64,000 nucleotides of DNA from Eledone cirrhosa (GCA_964016885.1 OZ024740.1:64604001-64668000); one strand, 5' to 3'. Counted from the stretch's first letter, positions 1 through 15,357 are shown. Program-made: numbers and translations. Notes: generated from the letters alone by a model not told the origin.

Positions 1-14
1 ACACATGCGCGCCC

Positions 15-77
<63 letters not shown>

Positions 78-699
78 TGCACACAAAACTTACTATCTCA
101 CTGTCAGACATTCTAAAACAAATATGCAACATATTTATTATAATAAATAGAAGAGCTTTAACTATAATCAAATCGACTGCTAAAAGTGATTCGACAGAAT
201 ATTTGTTTGCTCCCAGTATGTGCTTATTTAACTCATATTGTTGATTTATATGACTGTCGGAGCTTTATGAAAACAACAATGAAGTTTGTCTGTCAACTAC
301 TACAACCAGTAAAGCACAATGTTTAGTTTTGTCAAATATTTCAAAAATGCTAAGGAAACAATTTGATGCTTCTGGGAGTCAATACATCACTTATAAGCTG
401 CAAATATATTTCGTTATTAATTGAAAACTTTAATATTCTCTCTTACACTATTCGGAAGAGAACACTTCATTCGTCTCCGGGTTTGGCATCAATTATATAT
501 GATATTAGACACAAAAAAATCTAAAAAAAAAATCATGTTAAATTAAAAATAATTTATAAATAATTAAAATATACACAGACATGTATATAATGTGAAATGA
601 CACTGGAAGGCCCATATATATACGTGTGTGTATATATAAATGTGTGTGTATGTACACCACCAGCTCTCTCTCTCTCTCTTCCATTCTCCTTCTCTGTCT

Positions 700-960
700 C
701 CTCACTCTCACTCAATGTCTCTCTTTCAATCTACTCTCTTACAAACCCTATCTCTTTCTTTCTATCTTTATCTCTCTCCGTTTATGAAGGTACCCGGAAA
801 AACTCCATATCTCAGGATCCCCTGCTCCGATTTACGCGAAACTTGTTTTATTCCATTTGTATTCCCATTTCAGGGTCAACATCCTTTCAAAGTATCTTTC
901 CATTATGCACCGTTTTGGCTGTATTACATTACAGACGAGCAAGCAAGAAATCACAGAGTT
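700..960 (+). repeat. Dispersed repeat; inverted copy at ~45795-46060
   Basis: Shared GAAGGTAYCCGGAAAAA..CTCCGATTTRCGCGAAAC..CCCATTTCAGGGTCAAC. Confidence 0.85.
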
Positions 961-1099
961 TTAGTAGTATATAGATACCAGCAAAGGATTTTGAAGGGTT
1001 AAGCATTCTGATCAACTAGGCATGTACGAAACAATAATGAGTCTGTAGAATTGCCGTTGTGGAGCAATATGGTTGGAATTTGTGTTATTTAGATATAAA

Positions 1100-1610
1100 T
1101 ACTGCCAACGCTGATATTACATGTCAGGAACAAATGTCAGAATGTGAACATTGTGTAGAAAGCAAATCTAATTTCAATAAAGAGGGATAGCAAAATTTAT
1201 GAAATAAAATGTCTGCTATATATGCAACTATGTACAAGATATTTAATTTACTGCTTCCCATCTGTACTTCGTATCTTCTGAATCTAACCTTTAGTGTTCT
1301 TTATCATGTTGTCACTAAACAGAGAAATCGTTAAAAAAACCACTGAAATCTTCGATCCTTCTTTATGAGTATCGAACCAAATGTTGACAAGTTAGTTGCT
1401 CAGCATCAAGCGCAAATGACTCACTACAATAAATATAAATTCAACTTATCTCCTTGATTTATGGAGTGCATAGTGGGTAATTACAATTAATTTTATTGTT
1501 TTAAGTTTGGTATGTAACATGATTCATTCATATAAATGGGTGGTTTGTACATTTTACCTTCATGAATGTTACGAAGGGGTTGCTAATATTAAAACACTGG
1601 CGAACACGAG
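1100..1610 (+). mobile_element. hAT (Buster-like) transposase C-terminal remnant
   Basis: Broken frames give LLLPICTSYL / FSVLYHVVTKQRNR / SIEPNVDKLVAQHQAQMTH, resembling the hAT dimerisation domain. Region 150-480 may be more of the same element. Confidence 0.6.
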
Positions 1611-2108
1611 TGTACACATACATATAGCTCTACATATTCACACTTTCAGACCTTCCTACATACTGAAATATACCCTAATATGCATATATATCTATGTGAA
1701 CATACGTATTTAATATTAGTACAAACATACATATTAGTACAAACATACATATATTTGTCAAATTATAAGGTTTATGCTTTGCACTCAGGAATAGCAGTCC
1801 CGATGGAAAAAAGATTAAAAGAAACGTAAATATTCAGGATATTATACTTAATTCAAAGGCCATTTAAACTTCAGAGTAGAAAATGGCAATAGAGAAATCT
1901 ATGATTAATAGAATTAAAATATTTTAAGAAAATAACTTAGGTTATGAAGAAACGAAATCGTTGAGATTTGTTGTCCTAAACCCTTTGACTTGCCTATTAA
2001 AAAAGGTAGATATTTCCTTCACTCCTTGTCAACCAAGTAATGTCCATTATTAAGACGCGGAATAGCGAGAAGGTTGGGAATGGCATCATTTCCATAAGCA
2101 CAATATAC

Positions 2109-2260
<152 letters not shown>

Positions 2261-2779
2261 TGGGTCGTCAATTATGAAATTTGTAGTGAGGCATACGGCA
2301 TATTGTTTTTTTCTACAAATTTCATGCTTGACGATCCAATATATATATATTTAAGACAGCAAACTATAGAAATAAAAATAATCGAAGAAATATCTTAATG
2401 AAATGCTATGATATAGCAATAAAATAACTAATAAATGAACTGATGGCAATGAAATATAAAGGATATGGAAATAAATTAGGTAATATGTCGGATAACATGA
2501 GATAGTAACAATGGAATCGATAAAAATATTAAAATAACGGAACCCACCAACGTTAGACAAGATAAATGTTATCACTGAATTTAAAGATATCGGAGCCATA
2601 TTCTGCACGACATTAATAAATAATTTGTATAATATACAATTCAGCATTCTCGGGACAAAAAAAAAAAAAAAAAAATGTGAGCGGTAACTTGCAATGATGC
2701 GACTGTCAAATATCTGAAAATCTCAGATGCTATTTTCTAAATTTAACTAAACGAAGATGGAATGGCTCTTGCATCGCAT

Positions 2780-2920
2780 CTCCCTAACTATCCTCTGGGG
2801 AAACGCCTTCTCCATTCTGTCCTCCGGGGCTGTGGGGAGGCCAGCACGTGGAACCCCATTTGCTCACCATACAAAGAGATGGGGTTGACAGTGAGAGTTC
2901 GACTCTTCCACGTTTGAACC
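2780..2920 (+). repeat. GC-rich dispersed repeat; inverted copy at ~30520-30665
   Basis: Shared AAACGCCTTCTCCATTCTGTCCWCCGGGGCTGTGGGGAGGCCAGCAC. Confidence 0.85.
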
Positions 2921-5900
2921 ATATCCTTGTGGTTGTGCTAAATACGTATAAATAGATAACTGAAAACTGGAATGATTTTGAGCCCCATCAAAATTGGTTG
3001 ATGTTTGCTAAACGAAGTGTGGTGGATAATACCCCGACTATTAGTGTCAGGAAATGAAGCCCATCTGAATACCGACCTTGAATATGATATAAGATGAATG
3101 CTAAAGTATCAACATTCCTTCGATGATACATCGATTGGAGTGACGAACAAGTTACATTTCCAAATAGACTACATACGATTCATTACACTATAATAGATCC
3201 TCATGTTGTTGATGTTTTTGTAATTTTCTTTCAGATTGCTTTTCGAAAGCAATGTTAATTCAATAATCATGTATGTATAGTTGTACAGTTTGAATTATGA
3301 ATTATGTTATTTTCTAGAAATATGAGGACATTCAAAATCTCTTCATACGACTCGTATATTAATAAAAATCATAACACAATAATTCGTTTTCACCCTAAGT
3401 TAGACACTTGTTTGTTACTATTAAATTTCTGAAGAATGAATCAATGTAATTTGATCTTTCACTCATTCAACAGTTTATGGGATAACTAAAATCTATTCCT
3501 GTTAAGAATATATAGCAAAATAAAGTCAATGATTACATTTGACCAATAACAACGTTTTATTCTTTTATTGTATGCTTAGCTATTCTTTCGCACTTATCGT
3601 GACCATATAAACTTTCAAATCTAGCTTGGTATTGTTTGACACAAACTTTTGTTTTCATAATCATGAACTCGATGTCGGGTTAGAGATGAAAATGTGAATA
3701 TCTGCAAGACAATTGGTTTATTTCTACAGTCTAGACCTTACGTGTCAGTCTTTCGCAATTGGTAACGTTAAACATTATATCTACTTCGATAGCCGTTAAT
3801 AAAAACAGCCATAAAGTATAGAAATCTTTTCCATGAATAGAGAGATGATATTTATAGAAGAACTTTAAATCTGACACCTGTATATAAATGTAAATTACAC
3901 AGATCAATAAGAAACAAATCTCTGAAAGCAATAATCTTCTGTTGCCTGCAAAGTTGAGACCGGGCTTCTAGCTTTTTAAGCTACCCACCTACGTTAGAAT
4001 GATCAGATATAACAAATAACGATTTCTATTAGGAGACATACATGATGACATAGCTATTTCTATTTTCTTTAACTACGAATATTTAAGATACACAGATGTT
4101 TGTACTGGCAATCAAGATATACTTCGTACATCTTATAAGGTAAATTTTAAACGTCAAAGCGTTGTATCTTAGGTATAAAGGTGGATCACACATAGCATAA
4201 AAGGATTGCTGCATTTTCACATTCACAAGGCTTGCTTTTGTGTAGAAACCTCTGTCATTTTATATAGTGCATCAATGAAAAGGGAACTAATTGATGAGTC
4301 CGGTGTAATGGAATTGACGTAGATCCAACCGGGACTGGAGAGTGTGATGATTAAAGACTAAAATATTTGGAAAATTTTAAACCAGTTTAAACATAAAACA
4401 TTGCCTCATCTCTGAATCTATGATTACTACTGAAAAATAGAATTCAATTTGGAATCGATAAGAATTATCTATTAAAAATCGATTGTCAGAGAAGTTTGTT
4501 GAATAATTATGTCATATGTCAAGGTAATTTACATTTTAACAAATTATTTCAAAGAAATTATCATTGGAAACGCTGTGATACGTTAATAGAGTTGGATGAG
4601 AATCAATTATAGCATATACTTTATAGGGCATATATATTTACGTGTGTATACTAGTTCTAACGGAAGAAATTTCCATTTAATTTAGTGAATATCCAATGAA
4701 TAGATATGTCTAATGAGCGAACTTATTAGAAGAACATAACATTTTAACGAATATAACATTAAAGATGTATATTTTGATATCCACAAAGTTACAGATATGG
4801 TTTTTTTAAATGCAATTATTCTGCAATTAAAATGGCGATAACAAACAGAAGATTTTAATCAGTTTATAAGTTTATAAGTGTTAAAATATTAAAAAATATG
4901 GATATTGAAACAAAACGCACACATGCTATTTATATCGTGAAAACCTGACAACTCCAATGAAAAGTTTATATAAAAACTTCACTATTAAAAGAAAACGATA
5001 AAATTATAAATAATTAAATGCAAATATTGTGATTTTACTTTCCTTGAAAATTAACTATCATCGAAAGCGATAATACAGGAATGGACGTGTTTTTCAATAA
5101 AGTTAGTTAGATACAGGTTAATAATTTCCAGTGTTTAGAACTAATACACCCTCATACCACTAAATCAAAGATTCTAAACTGGTGAAGCAATTGTTGGAAT
5201 TGCAATTCCATCATCTAACAATTTGAACAAAATATACAATTTCTAGCGCTCCTTGGCAAAATTTCGGTTTCCTTATACTTGATGCTTTCCGAAAGATATA
5301 CCCACCTGAACTTACCATTTCATCCGGCTTAATATAAATCAGTATATAGGTCAAGAAACAGATATATGAGGTAATTATATAGAGTGTAAATGAATCTCAC
5401 GGCTTACCGATTAAACGGTTCTGATTGAATTGCACAACATATATGAGAAATAGATACATCTGTACATCATATTTCATCATATTTCTAAATCTACGTTACT
5501 TAGAGGCATTGCAAATTGCTAGCCCCTATACCAATCTATACTGTATAAGTTCGCCAATGGATGTTTCGGCTAGCAATAATTTCTCAATAAATTTCTTAGT
5601 GATTTGTCGTAAATATTCTGAAAGTCTCGAAGATTATAGATCCTGTGGTGTGAATAACGACTACATCGATGCTACAAACAATAATTTCTAAACATGATGA
5701 ATAACAATTTTATATTTAATCATTATTTAATTAACAATCATCCCATATATTGATTAACTGTAGCCACGTATAACCTTTGTAAGGATATTTAATTTAATTA
5801 TTAGATTTTAATTTCTTGAGATGCTATGTTTTCTAGAGAATATAACATGCTGAGCAACATTCTCATGTTCTCAGTTTATAATTGATGTGTCAATGTTTTT

Positions 5901-6776
5901 AAGGATTATCATTATTTTATTAAGCCAACATCAATAGATATTCATCAGAGAGTTGTATGTAATAGCACGTAACGTAATAGCACTCACCCGTTGTCATTTT
6001 GTCATAGATCACGTATAATGGCGTTTTGGTTAGGTATTTTTATCAGTCACACACATTTTAACGCTTTGTCGTTTTTTAACTCTAGATCATTCTTGATTGG
6101 AGATACCTACGATAAAATTATCTCAGCCGTGAACATTCCACATCTTTCTCATGTGAAGGGAATCCATGATGACTGTATCTAGCGTCACCCCTTCTCAAGG
6201 TTGTAGAATATTATATGAGACAGATTTGGCCGCTATGTTTAGGAAATACGGTCACGATACATATGCTCTCTTCTTGAATCGTAGTTTCGCTTTCATGGCA
6301 ATATAAGTATGAGAGAAAATATCTACTTTAATACGTAGTAAACAACCCCGTAATCTTAACAACCACATATAAGCTGTTACTCTCTTTCCCGTGACTGATG
6401 CAGCACCGAATAAAATGTTCAGCACGTTGACATTAGATACACAATCATTCGATTACAGTATAGAGATTCCTATACTGTATCGAATCAATCTCCTTGCTGT
6501 CATAATCATTTATGTGTCGATGGAGTATTGGTGGAACATAAGAATACAAACAGCAAGCAAAATTATAGACGAGCAACCGGATATTTCTTTCGGTGACATC
6601 ATATTAAATGCACACCACAATATAATTATATACTCTGGTGTAGAAGTTAAATGCTCATCACGCACTTCTTTCATCAGGGAATACCGTAGAAAAACATTTA
6701 TGGATCCTTTGTGAGGAGTATGATAATTCAATAATCACAACACACATACAGCGTCATATTCATTATTACTGAAGCG

Positions 6777-6956
6777 GGATTGGCAGTATCAGTAGAGCGT
6801 CAGACACCATGCTTTGCGGCATGGAGTTACGTCCCTTTACATTCTGAGTTCAAATCCCGCCGAGGTTAACTTTGCCTTTCATACTTATGGGGTCGATAAA
6901 ATAAAGTACCAGTAATGCACTGGTTAAGGGCTGGCCTTGTGCCAAACGTAGAAACA
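6777..6956 (+). mobile_element. tRNA-derived SINE (Meta/Sauria-like central domain) with 15-bp TSD
   Basis: A-box TGGCAGTATCAGT, B-box GAGTTCAAATC, and GCCTTTCAT..GGGGTCGATAAAATAAAGTACCAG. TSD ATTATTACTGAAGCG at 6762-6776 and 6957-6971. Confidence 0.85.
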
Positions 6957-7177
6957 ATTATTACTGAAGCGTCAAGATATCTACCAATGAATGAGCCCGA
7001 CTGAAATATACTTTACACAAAAGCGCAGATCCTTAATTTATAGAGCACAGATTGTCATGATATCCTAGTCAAAATTGGAAAAAATGTATTGTAGCGAATA
7101 ACATGCCGAATAGAATGAAACCTTTACCATCACACTTTTAACTTCATCCCTTACCCTCTACAGATGAATCTCTATCT

Positions 7178-7269
<92 letters not shown>

Positions 7270-7863
7270 GGGGGGGGGGTGTAAAAGTGGAAGGAAGACG
7301 CAGTAGATGAAGACCATGGAAAACATGGGTGGAGGTGGTGAGAGCTGACCTCAGATCGCTGGAGTTCAGGGAAAAGCGGACGTAAAAGGCTGATGCTCTG
7401 ATGATGAGATGTGTTGTCGTGTGTGTGTGCAGGCACACACACGCCAAGCAACGCTTCTATGTCTATAGACGATTAAATCTCAGGTTTTCAGCCAATTCTT
7501 TATTGATGAAAAGAACAAACAAGTATTCTAACTGTAATAATTTAATCTATACACCATATAAGGAAAATTACTTTACGCATATATCCCCATATTTCATATA
7601 TTTTTATATGAGACTTGTAACTTCAATAACCAATAATTTGCTCACTACATGTACATACATAATACTTGTTATCTGTCAATTTGTTCTAGTGAAACACTCA
7701 AAATGGCTATTGATATGATATTCATTGTTAGGCAATTGATTGCATGTAATTGATTTTTGTATTGAAATATTTATCTATATTTTTAGTGGTGCTCTTTGAA
7801 TGATCAAGACAATGATTTCTGGTTTAATATTTTCAAATAGTTCTATCTACTCATTAATCTTTA

Positions 7864-8279
<416 letters not shown>

Positions 8280-8281
8280 TG

Positions 8282-8398
8282 AAGGCGTGTGGCTGAGTGG
8301 TTAGAGAATTGGATTCGCAATCGTAAGGTTGTGAGTTCGATTCCTGGACCAGGCGATGCGTTATGTCCTTGAGCAAGACACTTTATTTCACGTTGCTC
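8282..8398 (+). mobile_element. Second tRNA-derived SINE, 3'-truncated
   Basis: A-box TGGCTGAGTGG, B-box GAGTTCGATTCC, then GTCCTTGAGCAAGACACTTTA. Confidence 0.75.
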
Positions 8399-8629
8399 CT
8401 TCTACCTGGAGTTGCGACCGATAGATAGTATTAGCAATTGGAAAGACCAACGGAAACATTGTTCCCTCAGTCCGATTTGACGAAAGTCGATCGTTCCTTA
8501 TATATATTTATGGGAAAATGTTCAAGACTCCGACGGCAGAGCTCAGGCTATTTCGACTATATATATATATTTATGTCGAATCTGACTATCTAGCTGTCTA
8601 TCAATCAATGTATCTATCTATCTATCTTT

Positions 8630-9033
<404 letters not shown>

Positions 9034-9471
9034 CTATTTCATAGCCAAACGTAGTTTTTGCGAATATAGATTAAATAAAAACAGCCTGATACTTACATTA
9101 TTTTTAAAAGTGTACTCCTATGCTTCATATAGGTACCGACGTACACACTCACACACTCATATACACACAGACATTCACGCACACGCACATATACGCATAT
9201 CTGTCTAATCTATGTATTTATATGCACAACTACCAATATATTTATATATATATATATATATATTTATATCTATCTCTCTATATATATATATATATTTATA
9301 TCTATATATATATATATGCTTTTGGCTTTCATTCTCACTGTCTGTGTATCTATCCTTCTCTGTTCAACTACATACACACACACATATATATATATAATTA
9401 TATATCTGAGTAAATATCTATGTAAATTATATAAATATGCACATAGATATATATATACACTTATATACAAC

Positions 9472-9532
<61 letters not shown>

Positions 9533-9543
9533 CTCTCTCTCTG

Positions 9544-9581
<38 letters not shown>

Positions 9582-9845
9582 GTTTGTGTATGTATATATG
9601 TCTATAACTATTGCACTGTGTGAAATCTACTAGCTATTGAGCATCGATTCGAATAGTTTAACGGCCAATATGCAGATCAATAAAGAGGCGTAGGCTTGAA
9701 GCGCAAATTTGAGAAGCGTATGACAAAGAATATATATACATATATGTATATATATGTATATATATATACACATATATATATATATATCCGAACAGTTCGA
9801 ATCTAGCTGTCGAGGCTGTCGGGGCCCTGAGTCTTTTCATATATA

Positions 9846-11066
9846 TACCACGATGGATCTTACTGGATCAACAAGAAATCTCAGACCCCATTTGACGTTA
9901 GCATGGGAGCGAGTGACTCGGCTGAAATTAGCGACCTTGTGGGCTTGTACATCCTACATCAACTGAATAACCTCTTTACTGGCCTAACCGGAGGTTTATA
10001 CCGAGACGACGGCCTCTTCACCCTGCAGAGAGTTAACCCCAGAACTACCGATGGGTTTCGGAAAAACTTAAGCTCTTTCTTCTCTAGTCTAGGATTTAGT
10101 ATAACTATCGAATCTAATTTGACTAGGACCAACTTCTTAGATGTCACTTTCGACCTAGATACTTCCCTCTATTACCCGTACCACAAACCTAACGAGTCCC
10201 TTAGATATATTAACGTTAATTTAAACCATCCCCAAAACATCACTGATAACCTAGTAAAAAGCGTCTCTATTAGAATATCTGGCCTCTCCGCCAACAAAGA
10301 TATTTTTAACGCATCTGCCTCCTACTACAATGACGCCCTCGCCCGCAGCGGATTTAAAGAAAAGATTACATACCTAGAAACCACCGCAAGATTGCAGAGG
10401 AGGAATAGACATAGGCAGATTAGCTGGTACAACCCTCCCTTCAATAGAGAGGTCTCTACACCGATAGCTAGGATTTTCTTCACTTTGCTGAAATTACGCT
10501 TCCCCATACAACATAGGTACCACACCATCTTTAATAAGAACACAATAAGACTCTCCTACTCCACCACACCTAACCTAGCTAGGAATATAGCCAACCACAA
10601 TTCTAAAATATTAAATAAGCTAACCACCTCCGAACCCAATCCCCGGACTGGGGCGCTGTGTAATTGCTTAAATAAGGAAGCATGCCCACTTGAAAACAAA
10701 TGCCTCACAAATGATATCGTATACAAATGCGATGTCATCTCAGGCACCGATGATTGCAAAACAACTTACATCGGCATGACCTCCAACAATTTTAAGACCC
10801 GTTGGTAAGCCCATACCCACTCCTTCAGAAGACCGGACGAATCAAACCAGACAACACTCGCCTCCTATGTTTGGGACCTCAAAAGGAACTCAACCCCCTT
10901 CACGCTTAAATGGAAAATACTCCAGAAAGCGCGCTCTTACAACGGAGGGCACAAGGGCTGCGACCTTTGTATCTCAGAGAGCTACGAAATTTTATTCGCC
11001 AAGGGCCCGCTACTGAACAAACTCTCTGAACACTGCCCGAACTGCATGCACTTTAAAACACTTTAA
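9846..11066 (+). pseudogene. Penelope-like element 1 (Naiad-like): 5'-truncated RT + GIY-YIG endonuclease, one in-frame stop
   Basis: PFDVSMGASDSAEISDLVGLY, GLYRDDGL, NFLDVTFDL, CNCLNKEACPLENKC linker, IVY...YIGMT..FKTRW. After the TAA at 10806-10808 the frame continues (TTLASYVWDLK..CDLCISE..CMHFKTL*) to 11066. Confidence 0.92.
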
Positions 11067-11269
11067 GCCAGTGTTAAAGCCCGATGGCTAAAAACGACCT
11101 CCCCCTATTGGCCCTTATACCTCCTTCCCATCCAACCCCCACCCCTCCTCAACCTGAAATACGGCCACTATGGTTATGTGAGTACCTCTTACCTATCTGC
11201 ATTTTCTGCCTGTAGAGCTGTTTTTATGTGCCTGTGTATATGTGTATATTTATTGAGTACTTATTTATA

Positions 11270-11355
11270 TGTTAGTGTATATATTTGTGTGTATGTAGGT
11301 ATATGTATGTGTATGTATATGTATGTGTATGTATGTGTATGTGTGCGCATATGTA

Positions 11356-11404
<49 letters not shown>

Positions 11405-11423
11405 GTATATGTGTATGTATGTG

Positions 11424-11466
<43 letters not shown>

Positions 11467-11599
11467 ATGTATGTGTGTATGTGTATATGTATATATGTGT
11501 GTATGCAGGTATGTTTGTGTACATGTGTGTATATATGTGTGTATGTGTATGTGTATATATATGTATGTATATATATGAGTGTGTATATATAAGTGTATT

Positions 11600-11678
<79 letters not shown>

Positions 11679-11689
11679 GTGTGTCTGTA

Positions 11690-11747
<58 letters not shown>

Positions 11748-11931
11748 AGTGTATGTGTGTATGTATGTGTGCGTATGTACACATACTTGTGTGTGTGTGT
11801 ATGTGTGTATATGTATGTATATATGTATGTATATATGTCTATGTATGTGTATGTATATATATATATATATATATATGTGTGTATGTATATGTATATGTAT
11901 ATGTATGTGTATGTGTATGTATAAGTATATA

Positions 11932-11976
<45 letters not shown>

Positions 11977-12007
11977 GTATATGTGTATATATGTATATAT
12001 ATGTATA

Positions 12008-12050
<43 letters not shown>

Positions 12051-12069
12051 GTGTGTGTGTATGTATGTG

Positions 12070-12136
<67 letters not shown>
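11270..12136. repeat. Compound (TA)n/(TG)n microsatellite
   Basis: Direct reading. Confidence 0.97.
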
Positions 12137-12137
<1 letters not shown>

Positions 12138-13793
12138 AATGAGAGGTAGAGAAATTGTTTTAGCGAGAAGCTAATAGTATTCTATAACATATATGCGACT
12201 ATAACGTCAAGATGGGAAAAGTAGTTAACGTAAGATTTAGGAAAAATAATTCAAACTCATCTCAAAAGAGAATCAGGATACAAATTCATCCACAGAATTT
12301 AGTGAAATCCAAGGAAAAATCAATAGACCTTTAGCTCATAATAAAATAAAGTTTAAAACACTTATCCTTCAATTTGGAATAACATCAAATGCTCTGTATA
12401 GTCTTAAAAGACTATTTCATGAAAACTTTTAGTGGAGATGGTCACGGTTGGATTTCAATCGTCAGCAGAGCTCAACAGAAACCAGGGCTCTCACAGTATT
12501 ATAATCCGAAAAAGGGAATTCTAAAACTGGCTAGTTCGCCATCATGTGTTATTATGAAAAAGCACATTAGAAAAAACGGGGCTAGTGACGTCAGGATGAA
12601 AGTGAATGTTTATTTACAAGAAATAGCAGTCAAATACATTCTGAAAAAAACTCTACAAAAGGAGTTCAGCAAATAGCAATAATTATCACAGTTTTTATTA
12701 AAAAAAAAAAAAAAATTTTTTTAAACCGGGATTAGTCACAGATAGTTTAAGCACTCTAGGAAAAGAATCCGAGTATAAGTATAAATGAGAGGCATAGAGA
12801 TTGTTTTAGCGAGAAGCTAACAGTATTATATAACATATATGCGACTATAACGTCAAGATGGGAAAAGTAGTTAACGTAAGATTTAGGAAAAATAATTCAA
12901 ACTCATCTCAAAAGAGAATCAGGATACAAATTCACAGAATTTAGTGAAATCCAGGGAAAAATCAATAGACCTTTAACTCATAATAAAATAAAGTTTAAAA
13001 CACTTATCCTTCAATTTGGAATAACATCATATGCTCTGTATAGTCTTAAAAGACTATTTCATGAAAACTTTCAGTGGAGATGGTCACGGTTGGATTTCAA
13101 TCGTCAGCAGAGCTCAACAGAAAGCAGGGCTCTCACAGTATTATAATCCGAAAAAGGGGATTCTAAAACTGGCTAGTTCGCCATCATGTGTTATTATGAA
13201 AAAGCACATGAGGAAAAACGGGGCTAGTGACGTCAGGATGAAAGTGAATGTTTATTTACAAGAAATAGCAGTTAAATACATTCTGAAAAAAACTCTACAA
13301 AAGGAGTTCAGCAAATAGCAATAATTATCACAGTTTTTATTAAAAAAAAAAAAAATTTTTTTTAAACCGGGATTAGTCACAGATAGTTTAAGCACTCTAG
13401 GAAAAGAATCCGAGTATAAGTATAAATGAGAGGTATAGAGATTGTTTTAGCGAGAAGCTAATAGTATTCTATAACATATATGTGACTATAACGTCAAGAT
13501 GGGAAAAGTAGCTAACGTAAGATTTAGGAAAAATAATTCAAACTCATCTCAAAAGAGAATCAGGATACAAATTCACAGAATTTAGTGAAATCCAGGGAAA
13601 AATCAATAGACCTTTAACTCATAATAAAATAAAGTTTAAAACACTTATCCTTCAATTTGGAATAACATCAAATGCTCTGTATAGTCTTAAAAGACTATTT
13701 CATGAAAACTTTCAGAGGAGATGGTCACGGTTGGATTTCAATCGTCAGCAGAGCTCAACAGAAACCAGGGCTCTCACAGTATTATAATCCGAA
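12137..13793 (-). repeat. Tandem array H1: ~2.6 x ~641-bp units, one HHR per unit
   Basis: Units start at ~12137, 12783 and 13423. Flanked by (TA)n on the left and (TG)n/(TA)n on the right. Confidence 0.95.
12391..12471 (-). ncRNA. Type I hammerhead ribozyme H1 (also 13033-13113, 13674-13754)
   Basis: Minus strand: GCTCTG-CTGACGA-TTGAAA..TTTCAT-GAAA-TAGTC-ttttaa-GACTA-TA-CAGAGC. All three stems pair. Confidence 0.88.
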
Positions 13794-13830
13794 ATGTATG
13801 TGTGTGTGTGTATATACATGTGTGTGTGTG

Positions 13831-13879
<49 letters not shown>

Positions 13880-13881
<2 letters not shown>

Positions 13882-15048
13882 GAAAAAAGTTTGTCCTTCA
13901 TCAGTGATCTTCCAACCATCATAGGCATTTCATCGCTTTAAAGACCATATACCTCCGGTTGGTGCGAGCAACGGCTAAAAAAAGTCGTTGGGACACGAGG
14001 GTAAACACACGTAAAAGTCGTTGGGACGCGAGGGTAAACAAACAAAATGGTGAAGCAACAGAAAGTGAGGAAGAAGGAGACAAGTCCCAAATTTCTATGA
14101 ATTTAAATTCGGTGAAATCGTGAACGAGAGAATAAAGACCATCAAACCTGGTTGAAATGTGAGCATGAAGGAATTTCGCACAGGTCTAACGGGAGGAAGA
14201 AGGGGTCTGGTCTGCGAATTCGGTAAACATAAGTTCTGTGAAATCGTAGACGAGAGAGAGAAAAAATTCTGACCAGCTTGGCCGAGCGTTCGAGAGAAAA
14301 GAATTGCGCACTGGTCAAATGGGAAGAAAAAGGAGGAGGAGAGGTAGTGACAGAGAATGAGTGAGTGAAGGGTAAGGAAGAGGCTAACAGAGAAAGAGAG
14401 ACTGCTAGAAACGTTAAAGATACATAGAACGAAAAAGTCGGGTAGCAGCAGAGGAAAAAAATGTGTAAATATGATAATAAGGGCGCTGCGGAGTTGCAAA
14501 TGGGTTACATATGAAAAAAGTTTGTCCTTCATCAGTGATCTTCCAACCATCATAGGCATTTCATCGCTTTAAAGACCATATACCTCCGGTTGGTGCGAGC
14601 AACGGCTAAAAAAAGTCGTTGGGACACGTAAATATAGGGGACGCGAGGGTAAACAAACAAAATGGTGAAGCAACAGAAAGTGAGGAAGAAGGAGACAAGT
14701 CCCAAATTTCTATGAATTTAAATTCGGTGAAATCGTGAACGAGAGAATAAATACCATCAAACCTGGTTGAAATGTGAGCAAGGGAGGAATTTCGCACAGG
14801 TCTAACGGGAGGAGGAAGGGGTCTGGTCTGCGAATTCGGTAAACATAAGTTCTGTGAAATCGTAGACGAGAGAGAAAAAATTCCGACCAGCTTGGCCGAG
14901 TGTGCGAGAGAAAAAATTGCGCACAGATCAAACGGGAAGAAAGAGGAGGAGGAGAGGTAGTGACAGAGAATGAGTGAGTGAAGGGTGAGGAAGAGGCTAA
15001 CAGAGAGAGAGACTGCTAGAAAGGGTAAAGATACATAGAACGAAAAAG
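13880..15048 (-). repeat. Tandem duplication H2 (~631-bp unit, ~1.8 copies); relative at 46224-46772
   Basis: ATGAAAAAAGTTTGTCCTTCATCAG at 13880 and 14511; flanked by (TA)n. Confidence 0.9.
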
Positions 15049-15127
15049 ATATATATATATATATATATTTATGTGTATATATGTGTGTGTATGTGTATAT
15101 ATGTATATGTATGTATATATATGTGTA

Positions 15128-15158
<31 letters not shown>

Positions 15159-15183
15159 GTATATGTATGTGTATATATATGTG

Positions 15184-15224
<41 letters not shown>

Positions 15225-15245
15225 ATATATGTATTTATGTGTATT

Positions 15246-15321
<76 letters not shown>

Positions 15322-15357
15322 TGTGAATGTGTATATATATATATATATGTATACATA

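Noticed and set aside
7390-7410. CTGATGA as a further hammerhead
   Set aside because: No downstream GAAA with pairing stems found.
12389-13941. Three repeated 89-95 aa ORFs (MLCIVLKDYF...)
   Set aside because: They are antisense to HHR H1 within the tandem unit and show no recognisable domain; the repetition follows from the array.
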